A stretch of DNA of 64,000 nucleotides, from assembly GCA_963783305.1 (NCBI GenBank), contig CAWAMW010000015.1:352001-416000 (forward strand). Reading direction: 5' to 3'. Both the position numbers and the translations under genes were made by a program. A model generated the notes under the pieces. It had not been told where the DNA came from. It saw only the letters and a list, made by a program, of their open reading frames with translations, and made no database searches. Within the stretch, counting starts at the first letter, position 1; each line of letters begins with the position of its first letter. Positions 8,210 through 17,266 of the stretch are shown piece by piece. This DNA comes from an uncultured Gemmatimonadales bacterium (GTDB lineage: Bacteria; Gemmatimonadota; Gemmatimonadetes; Longimicrobiales; RSA9).

Positions 8210-8232
8210 CTGTAACATATTATGGCGGCCCC
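8210..8232 (-). other. Putative attI or insertion-site core at the head of the array
   Basis: Minus strand GGCCGCCATAATAT-GTTACAG; GTT core before the first cassette with no attC hairpin. Confidence 0.5.
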
Positions 8233-8532
8233 AGCCACTTCTTGCCCACCTCCACGGGCTAATTGTCGCCATGCTTTCAGCCGAACTCCCGTTCACTCGC
8301 GCTGTATAACGCGCTTCTATACTGCGATCGATTCCAGTTAGAGTGTCCGTTTCTGCTGCGAATGCGTCTGCGTGCGCCCGTAGGCTCGGCGACCAGACCT
8401 CCGCGGCCGGTGTCCTCAGCGCGCGGCGTCGTTCTCTGTTACGGCGCGGTTCCAGGGATTGCAGTGTAATCGCTGTTCGCACGGCAGTGGCGGCAGCCTA
8501 AGTGCGGAGGGGGCGTTGGGGGGTCAGGCTGC

Positions 8533-8561
8533 ATAATTCGCTGCGGGGGTCCGTCGGTCAA
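8533..8561 (-). promoter_or_regulatory. Candidate Pc-like promoter facing the cassettes
   Basis: Minus strand TTGACC-17bp-AATTAT. Confidence 0.35.
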
Positions 8562-8912
8562 GCGTCCGGGGTGGGCGAGGGGTTTCGGTGAGGGCGCCCG
8601 CCGACTCTCCGGGGCTGTCCTTCCCAGTCGGTCTTCTCACGGGACGCGCCATTGCATCTGCTGGCGGGGGTCGGGATCAACCGTCGGCGCCGGTCGGTCG
8701 GGTATCGGGGAGCTTGCCGCGGTGGGTGGGATCCCATTGGCGGGTTGCGAGGGTCCAGGTCGGGGATCCGCTGGGCCGTGGCCTACCGATGACGGGAGGG
8801 CGAAGTTGTCGTCATCGGGGCGGTAGAGGGGGCTGCGGATGGGGAGGCCGGACAACTCGACCACGTGGAGGTAGATGGTGGTGGTGCGGAGATCCCTATG
8901 TCGGGTGGAGCG

Positions 8913-9647
8913 TTACAGCCGCCCGAAGTGCTCCGCCACCCGCGCCAGGAACCGCTCCCACCCACCGGGCGTCTGGAGCAGCACGCGCGGGCATTGCTTC
9001 CCCGTCCAGGAATTGTGGGTCCGGACGTGAGCGAGGGGGATCTCGAGCTCGACGAGGAGGAGTGCGGTGAGGAGGGCGGCGCGGTCGTCGGCGGCGTCCT
9101 GGTCGATGCCGGCGTGCTCGGCGATCTCGATCCCGATGGACGCGGCGTTGCCGCGGGGGCCGGCGTGCCAGGCCACCTCGTCGGTGGGGACGTGCTGGAT
9201 GACCTGGGTGTCATCGACGGTGAAGTGCCAGCTGACCTGGCGGTCGCGGGCGTCGCTGCCGAGCAGGTAGCGGCTGTGCATCTCGGCGTCCGCGCCGGGG
9301 CCGCGGTTGGCGGTGTTGTGGATGGTGATCCACTGCGGGTCGAGGTGGGTGCCGGGGCGATTGGGCGCGCTCGGCGGGATGAGGTCGCGGCGCAGGTTCA
9401 GCCGGGCGCGGGCGTCGGCAATGGCATCGCCGGCGGGCGGGTCGATGGGCGCGAGGAACTGCTTGCTGGCCCAGCCGGTCCCGCCGGGGGCGACGACGAA
9501 GTACCAGCGACCGTCGAGGCTTTCGCCCCACGCCTCGGCGAGCTGCCCCTCGAGCAGCCGCTGTCCGGTGTCGGAGTCCGCCGCGACCTCGGGGCGGGAG
9601 CGGAGGCGGAGGGCGGTGGTGGTGGTGCGGAGGTGTATGGGATCCAT
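8913..9647 (-). CDS. N-acetylmuramoyl-L-alanine amidase (Amidase_2) with N-terminal SH3-like domain
   Basis: ITIHNT, SWHFTVDD, AWHAG, SIGIEI and H....GKQCP motifs. Confidence 0.9.
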   Translation of the reverse strand: MDPIHLRTTTTALRLRSRPEVAADSDTGQRLLEGQLAEAWGESLDGRWYFVVAPGGTGWASKQFLAPIDPPAGDAIADARARLNLRRDLIPPSAPNRPGTHLDPQWITIHNTANRGPGADAEMHSRYLLGSDARDRQVSWHFTVDDTQVIQHVPTDEVAWHAGPRGNAASIGIEIAEHAGIDQDAADDRAALLTALLLVELEIPLAHVRTHNSWTGKQCPRVLLQTPGGWERFLARVAEHFGRL

Positions 9648-9832
9648 GGACGATACGGTGCACCCGTGGACCGTCCCGGGTCAAGCTTCGGATGGGCGGG
9701 GCCTCGCCGCGGCCCGGAAATCCCCCACGCGCGAACCGGGACTTTCCCGATTGTAGCGGGGTGGGGCGGGGTCAAGATTCCTTGGACGGACCCGCGCACG
9801 CGAAGTGAAGCCCCGACTGCGAGGGAGGGAAA

Positions 9833-12800
9833 GTGACGGCAGGAGTGAAGCGGCCCGAAGCGACCGAGACGGACGCTGTGGCCGGTATCGAAGTGACCCC
9901 GGCGTCGACGCCGACGCCACTGCTCTCGGGCAACGAGGCCATCGCCCGGGGGGCCTGGGAAGCGGGCGTCCGTGTGGGCGCGGGCTATCCCGGCACGCCC
10001 AGCACGGAGATCCTGGAGGCGCTCTCGGGCTACGAGGGCGTGAGCACGGAGTGGTCGCCGAACGAGAAGGTGGCGCTGGAGGTGGCGGTGGGCGCGTCAC
10101 TGGCGGGCGCGCGGTCGCTGGCGACCATGAAGCACGTGGGCGTGAACGTGGCGGCGGACCCACTGTTCAGCGTCGCGTACATGGGGGTGAGCGGCGGGCT
10201 GGTGGTGGTGACGGCGGACGACCCGGGCATGCACTCGTCGCAGAACGAGCAGGACAACCGTCTGTTCGCGAAGCACGCGCGGATCCCGCTGCTGGAGCCG
10301 GCCACGCCGGAGGAGGCGCGGCGGTACACGGCGGAGGCGTTCCGGGTCTCGGAGGAGTACGACACGCCGGTGCTGCTCCGCACGACGACCCGTCTGTCAC
10401 ACGGCACCGGCCGGGTCCGGGCGGGCGAGCGAACGGACGTGCCGCTCAGGCCGTACCGGAAGGACCGGGAAAAGAACGTGGTGCTGCCGGCGCACGGCCG
10501 GGTGCGTCACCGGTGGATCGAGGAGCACCGGATCCCGGGGCTCAGGGGCGAGGCGGAGCACTGGGCGGAGACCATCGACGGGACGGGCGACGCGGCGTTC
10601 ATCACGGCGGGCGTGCCGTACCTGTACGTGCGGGAGTCGTTCCCGGACGCGCCGGTGCTGCGGATGGGGATGACGTACCCGCTCCCCGAGGTCGCCATCC
10701 GGCAGTTCGCGGCGCTGCACGCGGGGCGCACGATCTACGTGGTGGAGGAGCTGGAGCCGTACCTGGAGGAGCGGATCCGCGCCATGGGCATCGACGTGGC
10801 GAAGCGGCCGTGGCCGCGCTGGGGTGAGCTGAGCGTGGCGATGATCCGGGACGCGGTGTCGCCGGGGCGGTCGCTGCCGGTCGCCCCCGTGAAGCCGGGC
10901 GCCGCAGCGCCGCTGCCGGGTAGGCCGCCCGCGCTGTGTCCCGGTTGCGGGCATAGGGGAGCGTTCCACGCGCTGGCGCGGATGGACGCCATCGTGAGCG
11001 GCGACATCGGCTGCTACACGCTGGGCGCGCTCCCGCCGCTGGACGCCATGGACGCGACCATGAACATGGGCGCCTCCATCGGGATGGCGCACGGGATGGA
11101 GAAGGTGCTGCCCGCGGACCGTCGGAAGAAGCTGGTGAGCGTGATCGGCGACTCGACGTTCTACCACTCGGGCGTGACCGGCCTGATGGACATGGTCTAC
11201 AACGGCGGTCAGGGCACGGTGGTGGTGCTGGATAACCGTACCACGGCGATGACCGGTCACCAGGAGCACCCGGGCACCGGGTGCACGCTGGACCACCACG
11301 AGGCTCCGCGGATCGACATCGGCGGGATGGCGCGGGCGGTGGGGGTGGCCGATGTCAGGGAGCTGGACCCGTACGACCTGCTGGGCGCGTGGCGCACGCT
11401 GGATGGCGCGGCGCGGGCGGAGCACCCGACGGTGGTGATCGCGGAGAAGCCGTGCGTGCTGAAGGAGCGGATCAGCTTCGGTGCGGGCGTGGTGATCGAC
11501 CCGGACCAGTGCGTCGACTGCCACGCCTGCACGCGTCTGGGGTGCCCGGCCATCGAGGAGTCGGACGGACGGCTGGCGGTGAACGCGCTGCTGTGCAACG
11601 GGTGCACGCAGTGCCAGCAGCTGTGCGCCGACTGCAACGCCGGTATCGACATCTCGCTCATGCTGGAGCTGGTGGACCAGGACCGGATGGCGGAAGCGCT
11701 GGAGGTGGTGCTTCGGGCCAACCCGCTGCCGGCGGTGAGCGCGCGCGTCTGCCCGCACCCGTGCGACCACGACATCAACTCGCTGGGGTACCCGCAGGCG
11801 GCGACGTACGCCGAGCGGCACCCGGAGCTGGTGACGCGGTTCCCGGACGGGTCGGAGAAGGTGTCGGTGCGGGCGGTGGAGCGGCACGTGGGCGACTGGG
11901 CGCTGGAGCACCTGGACCCCTCGACGCTGGCGCCGAAGGAGGAGCTGGGCCGGTCGGTGGCGATCATCGGGTCGGGCCCGGCGGGGCTCTCGGCGGCGTG
12001 GTCGCTGCGGCGGGCCGGGAGTCGCGTGACGGTGTACGATTCGGCCGAAGCGCCCGGCGGGCTGCTCCGGATGGGGATCCCGCCCTTCCGGCTGTCGCGT
12101 GACGTGCTGGATGGCGAGCTGGCGCGCTGGACGGCGCTGGACATCGACTTCCGCTGCGGCGTGAAGCTCGGTCGGGACGTGACGCTGGACGAGCTGGCGG
12201 AGGAGCACGACGCGGTGGTGCTGGCGGTGGGTCACCACGCCGCGCGGGCGGTGACGCTCGACGGCGCCGACGAGGCCCCCGCCTCTGTATACGACGGTCT
12301 CGACTTCCTTCAGCGCTTCAACCGGGGCGATGAGGTGGACGTGGGCCGGAAGGTGGCGGTGATCGGCGGCGGGAACACGGCTTTGGACTGCGCCCGCGCG
12401 GCCCGTCGGCTGGGGGCGTCGGTGGAGATCCTGTACCGCCGGACGCGGGAGGAGATGCCGGCCATCCGCGACGAAATCGAGGAAGCGCGGGAGGAGGGTG
12501 TGCTGCTGCGGTTCCAGCGGAACCCGGTGCGGGTGCTGTCGGCCGACGGTCGCATGACGGCGCTCCAGCATATCGCCATGGAGCAGGGCGAGCCGGACGC
12601 GTCGGGGCGGCGGCGGCCGGTGCCCGTGGAAGGTAGCGAGGAGATCGACGCGTTCGACGCGATCATCATGGCCATCGGCGAGGAGAGCGACCTCGGGTTC
12701 CTCGCCGGGAGTGGGATCTCGGCGAGCGGCCACATCGACGTCAACTTCGCTGGCGCCACGTCGCGCCCGGGCGTCTTCGCATGCGGCGATGCGGCGTTCA

Positions 12801-12892
12801 ACCAGGGCACGGTCCCGCAGGCCATCGCAACCGGCCGCCGCGCGGCCGAGCTGGCCGTCGGCTACCTCAGGAAGACTGGTGGCAGGCCATGA
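9833..12892 (+). CDS. iorA: Indolepyruvate:ferredoxin oxidoreductase alpha subunit fused to a GltD-like FAD/NAD(P)H oxidoreductase
   Basis: SGNEAIARG, YPGTPSTEI, MKHVG, CPGCGHR, GDIGCY and GDST; two Cys-rich ferredoxin motifs; then RVCPHPC, GSGPAG, GGGNTA and YRR. Confidence 0.92.
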   Translation: MTAGVKRPEATETDAVAGIEVTPASTPTPLLSGNEAIARGAWEAGVRVGAGYPGTPSTEILEALSGYEGVSTEWSPNEKVALEVAVGASLAGARSLATMKHVGVNVAADPLFSVAYMGVSGGLVVVTADDPGMHSSQNEQDNRLFAKHARIPLLEPATPEEARRYTAEAFRVSEEYDTPVLLRTTTRLSHGTGRVRAGERTDVPLRPYRKDREKNVVLPAHGRVRHRWIEEHRIPGLRGEAEHWAETIDGTGDAAFITAGVPYLYVRESFPDAPVLRMGMTYPLPEVAIRQFAALHAGRTIYVVEELEPYLEERIRAMGIDVAKRPWPRWGELSVAMIRDAVSPGRSLPVAPVKPGAAAPLPGRPPALCPGCGHRGAFHALARMDAIVSGDIGCYTLGALPPLDAMDATMNMGASIGMAHGMEKVLPADRRKKLVSVIGDSTFYHSGVTGLMDMVYNGGQGTVVVLDNRTTAMTGHQEHPGTGCTLDHHEAPRIDIGGMARAVGVADVRELDPYDLLGAWRTLDGAARAEHPTVVIAEKPCVLKERISFGAGVVIDPDQCVDCHACTRLGCPAIEESDGRLAVNALLCNGCTQCQQLCADCNAGIDISLMLELVDQDRMAEALEVVLRANPLPAVSARVCPHPCDHDINSLGYPQAATYAERHPELVTRFPDGSEKVSVRAVERHVGDWALEHLDPSTLAPKEELGRSVAIIGSGPAGLSAAWSLRRAGSRVTVYDSAEAPGGLLRMGIPPFRLSRDVLDGELARWTALDIDFRCGVKLGRDVTLDELAEEHDAVVLAVGHHAARAVTLDGADEAPASVYDGLDFLQRFNRGDEVDVGRKVAVIGGGNTALDCARAARRLGASVEILYRRTREEMPAIRDEIEEAREEGVLLRFQRNPVRVLSADGRMTALQHIAMEQGEPDASGRRRPVPVEGSEEIDAFDAIIMAIGEESDLGFLAGSGISASGHIDVNFAGATSRPGVFACGDAAFNQGTVPQAIATGRRAAELAVGYLRKTGGRP

Positions 12893-13494
12893 AGCGAGGC
12901 ATCACGAACATCGTGCTGGCGGGGGTGGGCGGTCAGGGGTCCGTGCTGGCCACGCGGGTGCTGGCCACGGCCGCGGAGCTGGCGGGCCAGGAGGTGGTCA
13001 CGTCAGAGGTGCACGGCATGTCGCAGCGTGGCGGGACCGTCGTCACCACCGTCCGGTTCGGCGACGAAGTGCTGTCGCCGTCGGTCCCGGCCGGCGAGGC
13101 GGACTTCCTGGTGGCGTTCGAGCGGCTGGAGGCCGCCCGGCACCTGGACCTGGTCCGGGATGGCGGCGTCGCCGTGGTCAACGACCAGCGGATCGCGCCG
13201 TCCATCGAGGCGCTCAAGAGCGCCGCCTACCCGGGCGAGATCGGCGTTCGGGCCGCGGAGCGGAACGTATCAGTCCTGGTCTATCCGGCCCTCCGCCTGG
13301 CGCAGGAGCTCGGTAACGAGAAGCTCGCGAGTACCATCCTCCTGGGTGGCCTCTCCGATTTCCTCTTCCTCGAGCGCGACCACTGGATCCGCGCGATCCG
13401 GGCATCCGTCCCGCCGCACACGGTCGAGGCGAACGAGGTTGCGTTCGATACCGGCGCGGAATGGCTCGTAGGGCCGCCGACGTTTTCGTTCTGA
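12889..13494 (+). CDS. iorB: Indolepyruvate oxidoreductase beta subunit
   Basis: GVGGQG, SEVHGMSQRGG; ATGA overlap with iorA. Confidence 0.92.
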   Translation: MKRGITNIVLAGVGGQGSVLATRVLATAAELAGQEVVTSEVHGMSQRGGTVVTTVRFGDEVLSPSVPAGEADFLVAFERLEAARHLDLVRDGGVAVVNDQRIAPSIEALKSAAYPGEIGVRAAERNVSVLVYPALRLAQELGNEKLASTILLGGLSDFLFLERDHWIRAIRASVPPHTVEANEVAFDTGAEWLVGPPTFSF

Positions 13495-13502
13495 GGTAGG
13501 GG

Positions 13503-13604
13503 GAACGGTCGCTGGCGCGACCGGTCGATCGGTCGCTGGCGCGACCTGTCGAACGCTCGCTTCGCTCGCTATCGAACGCGTTGGGCTTCGCCCTCGCTAT
13601 CGAC
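13503..13604. repeat. REP/BIME-like palindromic mosaic (inverted copy at 19302-19412)
   Basis: GGTCGCTGGCGCGACC twice, plus a GGGCTTCGCCC hairpin. Confidence 0.75.
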
Positions 13605-13630
13605 CGGACACTGCCCTTTCCCCTCGCCGG

Positions 13631-14692
13631 TCAGTACTCTCGCGCGGCCTCTTCCCCGGCCAGGACCCGCTGGGCGCCCTCGGCCAGCGCCCGCAGCTCG
13701 TCCTCGCCGGGGTAGGCCGTCACCGGCGCGATCCACTGGAGCGTCCGCGTCAACTCTCCGGCCACCCGCTCGCTCTTCGCCATCCCGCCGGTGAGGAGCA
13801 CGGCGTCGACCCGGCCATCGAGGACGGCGGCCATGGCGCCGACCTCCTTCCGGAGCTGGTAGAGCATGGCGTCGAGGACGAGGCGGGCGCGGTCATCGCC
13901 GTCGTCTATGCGAGCCTCGACCTCCCGGAGGTCGCGGGTGCCCAGGTAGGAGTGGATGCCGCCCTCGCGGAAGAGGAGCCGCTCCGCGGACGCCAGGTCG
14001 AGTCCCCCGGTCAACACGCGCTCGATCAGTCGAACGGTGGGGACGGTGCCGGCGCGCTCGGTGGAGAACGCGCCCTCCTCCCGGGAATTGGTGACGTCGA
14101 TCATGCGGCCATCACGGTGGGCGGAGACGCTGTGGCCGCTGCCCATGTGGACGACGATGAGCCGCAGCTCGGCGTACAGGGCTCCCGCCTGGCGGGCGTG
14201 CCGCTTCGCCACGGCCTTGGTATTCAGGGCGTGGGAGAGGCAGTCGCGCTCCAGGCCCTCCAGGCCGGACAGCCGGGCCACGGGCGGCCACTCGTCCACG
14301 CTCACCGGGTCCACGATGAAGGATGGGCAGCCGGCGGGCTCGGCGAGTCGCCGGGCCAGGGCGGCGCCGAGGTTCGACGCATGATCGCCCCGCAGCGCCT
14401 GCCGGAGCTCGGTCAGCATGGCGTCGGTGACGCGGTAGGTGCCGCTCTCCAGTGGGCGGAGCAGCCCGCCGCGACCGACGGTGGCGCGGAGGGCCGACAG
14501 ATCGATGTCCTCCTCGTGGAGCAGGGCCAGCACGGCGGCGAGCCGACTCTCCAGCTGCGCCAGCACGGGACGCCCGCGGAACGCCGACAGCTCGGTGTCG
14601 TTGAGCTCGACGGTCGCCTGGAAGCGGGCGGTGTCGCCGTCGTATACAGCGAGCTTCGTGGACGTGGAGCCGGGGTTCAGGGCGAGGATCAC
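13631..14692 (-). CDS. buk: Butyrate kinase
   Basis: ILALNPGSTSTK, GRGGLL.P, HASNLGA, HALN.KA, YPGEDE. Confidence 0.95.
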   Translation of the reverse strand: MILALNPGSTSTKLAVYDGDTARFQATVELNDTELSAFRGRPVLAQLESRLAAVLALLHEEDIDLSALRATVGRGGLLRPLESGTYRVTDAMLTELRQALRGDHASNLGAALARRLAEPAGCPSFIVDPVSVDEWPPVARLSGLEGLERDCLSHALNTKAVAKRHARQAGALYAELRLIVVHMGSGHSVSAHRDGRMIDVTNSREEGAFSTERAGTVPTVRLIERVLTGGLDLASAERLLFREGGIHSYLGTRDLREVEARIDDGDDRARLVLDAMLYQLRKEVGAMAAVLDGRVDAVLLTGGMAKSERVAGELTRTLQWIAPVTAYPGEDELRALAEGAQRVLAGEEAAREY

Positions 14693-15606
14693 GACGCTCG
14701 CCTCGCGATGAGGACGCCGAGAGCGATGGAGTGCAGCTTGTCCTCCGCGCTCTCCACCCGCGACGGGATCAGCAGCGGGACCGCCGCGCCCACCACCACA
14801 TGGGCGGTGATGGAGCCGCCCAGGTACTTCACGCCCTTGCCCAGGATGTTGCCGGCCTCGATCCCCGGCGCGACCATGATGTCCGCCCGGCCCGCCACGG
14901 GACCCGTGATCCCCTTGGCCGCCGCGGCCGACTCCAGCAGCGCGTTGTCCAGCGCCAGCGGGCCCGCGACATCGGCGTTCGGGATCGACGCCGCCGCCCA
15001 TTCGGCGACCGCCCGCGCCGCGCCCGTCGAGGGCACCGCCTCGCTCACCGCCTCACTGGCGCTCAGCAACGCGACCCGGGGACGCTCGTGGCCCAGCGCA
15101 CGAAAGACCTCAACGGCGTTGGCCACGATGGCCTTCAGCATCTCCACATCCGGGGCAGGGTTGATCCCGCCATCCGTGACGCCCACGAGACGGGGCGCGG
15201 GGCCGAGAGTGTCCTCGTAGATCAGCACGTCGGAGAGGAGCCGACCGGTGCGGAGCCCGGCGTCGCGGTCGAGCGCGGCGCGCAGCAGCTGGTCGGTCCG
15301 GAGCGACCCCTTCAGCAGCACCCGCGCGCCCCCCTCCCGGGCCAGCGCCACCGCCCGGCGGGCCGCCTCCTCGGGGTCACCGGCCTCGACGAAGCGGGCG
15401 TCCTCGAGCCCGGCGATGGCCTCCGAGTCGATGATCGACCGGATGACCGTCCCGGCCCCCACCAGCACCGGCTCCGCCAGCCCCGCACGCGCCGCCGCGC
15501 CCAGCGCCCGGAGCCCCGATGGGCTGTCGGCCGCCACCAGCGCCACGGTCACGGCCGGCCCCTCGGCGGCGAGCCGGAGGAGGTCGGTGAAGCGGGCGGG
15601 TGCCAT
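14689..15606 (-). CDS. ptb: Phosphate butyryl/acyltransferase
   Basis: LLKGSL.T, TDGGIN..P, GPLALDNA, GRADI, GNILGK, SRVES. Confidence 0.9.
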   Translation of the reverse strand: MAPARFTDLLRLAAEGPAVTVALVAADSPSGLRALGAAARAGLAEPVLVGAGTVIRSIIDSEAIAGLEDARFVEAGDPEEAARRAVALAREGGARVLLKGSLRTDQLLRAALDRDAGLRTGRLLSDVLIYEDTLGPAPRLVGVTDGGINPAPDVEMLKAIVANAVEVFRALGHERPRVALLSASEAVSEAVPSTGAARAVAEWAAASIPNADVAGPLALDNALLESAAAAKGITGPVAGRADIMVAPGIEAGNILGKGVKYLGGSITAHVVVGAAVPLLIPSRVESAEDKLHSIALGVLIARRAS

Positions 15607-15868
15607 CTTGACGCTCGGTGCGCCTTCCGGGTCGGGTGTCAGCGTCGCGTCCGTGTTCGGGGAATGGGAGCCCCGCCGCTCCGGCGGAGGGTCCCGGGAA
15701 TATGCCGGCCGGGAGAGGGGCCGACCAGTCGGGATAATGCCGCCGACCGCGGCGGCCGGAGGTGGGGAAAACCCCCGCCTCCCTGCGGTGGAACCCCCGA
15801 TTGCCGCCGGTGCCGCGCCCGTGTAGGGTGCACGTACAGGTCGGCCAACCAATCGAGGGGTATCCCAT

Positions 15869-17191
15869 ATGGGTCGGACACGAACACTGATTCTCGGCGC
15901 CGCCGGGCGCGATTTCCATAATTTCAACGTCGTCTACCGCGGCGATCCCAATGTGGAGGTGGTGGGCTTCACCGCCGAGCAGATCCCGGGGATCGAGGGG
16001 CGGCTCTATCCGCCGGAGCTGGCGGGGGAGCACTACCCCGAGGGCATCCAGATCTACCCGGAGAGCCAGCTGGAGTCGCTCATCGACGAGCTCCAGGTGG
16101 AGCGCTGCATCATGGCCTACTCCGACGTGTCGTACGCGTACGTCATGGGTCTGGCGGCGCGGGTGAACGCGGCGGGAGTGGAGTTCGCGATGATGGGCGC
16201 GCGTCAGACGATGGTGAAGTCGTCGAAGCCGGTGGTGGCGGTGTGCGCATCCCGCACGGGCGCGGGGAAGAGCCAGACGAGCCGGGCGGTGGTCCGGACG
16301 CTGACGGAGGCCGGCAAGAAGGTGGCCGTGATCCGTCACCCAATGCCGTACGGCGACCTGGCGGCGCAGCGGGTGCAGCGGTTCGAGACGCCCGACGACC
16401 TGGTGAAGCACAAGGTCACGATCGAGGAGCGCGAGGAGTACGAGCCACACCTGGCGGCGGGAAGCGTCGTGTTCGCCGGCGTGGACTACGAGGCGATCCT
16501 GCGGGAGGCCGAGAAGGAAGCCGACGTCATCCTGTGGGACGGCGGGAACAACGATTTCGCGTTCTACCAGCCGGACGTCTACATCACCGTGGTCGACCCG
16601 CACCGCGCGGGTCACGAGCTGAGCTACTACCCGGGCGAGATCAACGTGCGGCTCGCCGACGCGATCCTGGTCAACAAGGTGGACACCGCAGACATCGCCG
16701 ACATCTTCCAGGTCGAGGAGAACGTGCGGTCGGTGAACCCCGACGCGGTGCTGCTCGAGGGCGCCTCGCCGCTCTTCATCGACGACCCGGACGTGCTGCG
16801 GGGGAAGCGCGTGCTGTGCGTCGAGGACGGTCCGACGCTCACCCACGGGGGCATGAAGTACGGCGCGGCGGTGATCGGCGCGCGGAAGGCCGGCGCGGCG
16901 GAGATCGTGGACGCGCGGGAGTTCGCGGTGGGCGAGATCGCCGGCACGTTCGAGCGCTACCCGAATATCGGGGCGCTGCTCCCGGCCATGGGCTATGGCG
17001 ACCAGCAGGTGAAGGACCTGGAAGCGACGCTGCGGAAGGCCGCGGAGGGCGGTGTGGAGGCCATCGCCATCGGGACGCCCATCGACCTGGCGCGCCTCAT
17101 CGATCTGCCGCTCCCCGCCACCCGGATCCGCTACGAGCTGCAGGTGCTGGGGACGCCCACGCTGAAGGACGTGCTGGCACCCGTGCTGTAG
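15869..17191 (+). CDS. arcE: COG2403/cDPGS-related P-loop protein; probable arginine synthetase (ArcE-like)
   Basis: GAAGRDFHNFN, RTGAGKSQTSR, RHPMPYGDL, TIEEREEYEP, WDGGNND, VEDGPTLTHGGM. Confidence 0.8.
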   Translation: MGRTRTLILGAAGRDFHNFNVVYRGDPNVEVVGFTAEQIPGIEGRLYPPELAGEHYPEGIQIYPESQLESLIDELQVERCIMAYSDVSYAYVMGLAARVNAAGVEFAMMGARQTMVKSSKPVVAVCASRTGAGKSQTSRAVVRTLTEAGKKVAVIRHPMPYGDLAAQRVQRFETPDDLVKHKVTIEEREEYEPHLAAGSVVFAGVDYEAILREAEKEADVILWDGGNNDFAFYQPDVYITVVDPHRAGHELSYYPGEINVRLADAILVNKVDTADIADIFQVEENVRSVNPDAVLLEGASPLFIDDPDVLRGKRVLCVEDGPTLTHGGMKYGAAVIGARKAGAAEIVDAREFAVGEIAGTFERYPNIGALLPAMGYGDQQVKDLEATLRKAAEGGVEAIAIGTPIDLARLIDLPLPATRIRYELQVLGTPTLKDVLAPVL

Positions 17192-17266
17192 CACCCCGTA
17201 TAGTGATGGCATCTACACCCCGGGGCCCGTAGATTTACGGGCCCCGGACACGTACACGAACGGAGA

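Larger units (their letters stand above)
948..8216 (-). mobile_element. Integron cassette array lacking integrase (CALIN)
   Basis: 5-6 co-oriented attC sites separating short gene units of lower GC; no intI in the window. Confidence 0.88.

Noticed and set aside
8210..8232. Chromosomal dif site
   Set aside because: The arms only loosely resemble XerC/XerD boxes and the 6-bp spacer is absent
8198..8864. ORFs 8198..8482, 8263..8469 and 8637..8864 as an integrase remnant or real genes
   Set aside because: No tyrosine-recombinase motifs or recognisable family; they look like chance ORFs
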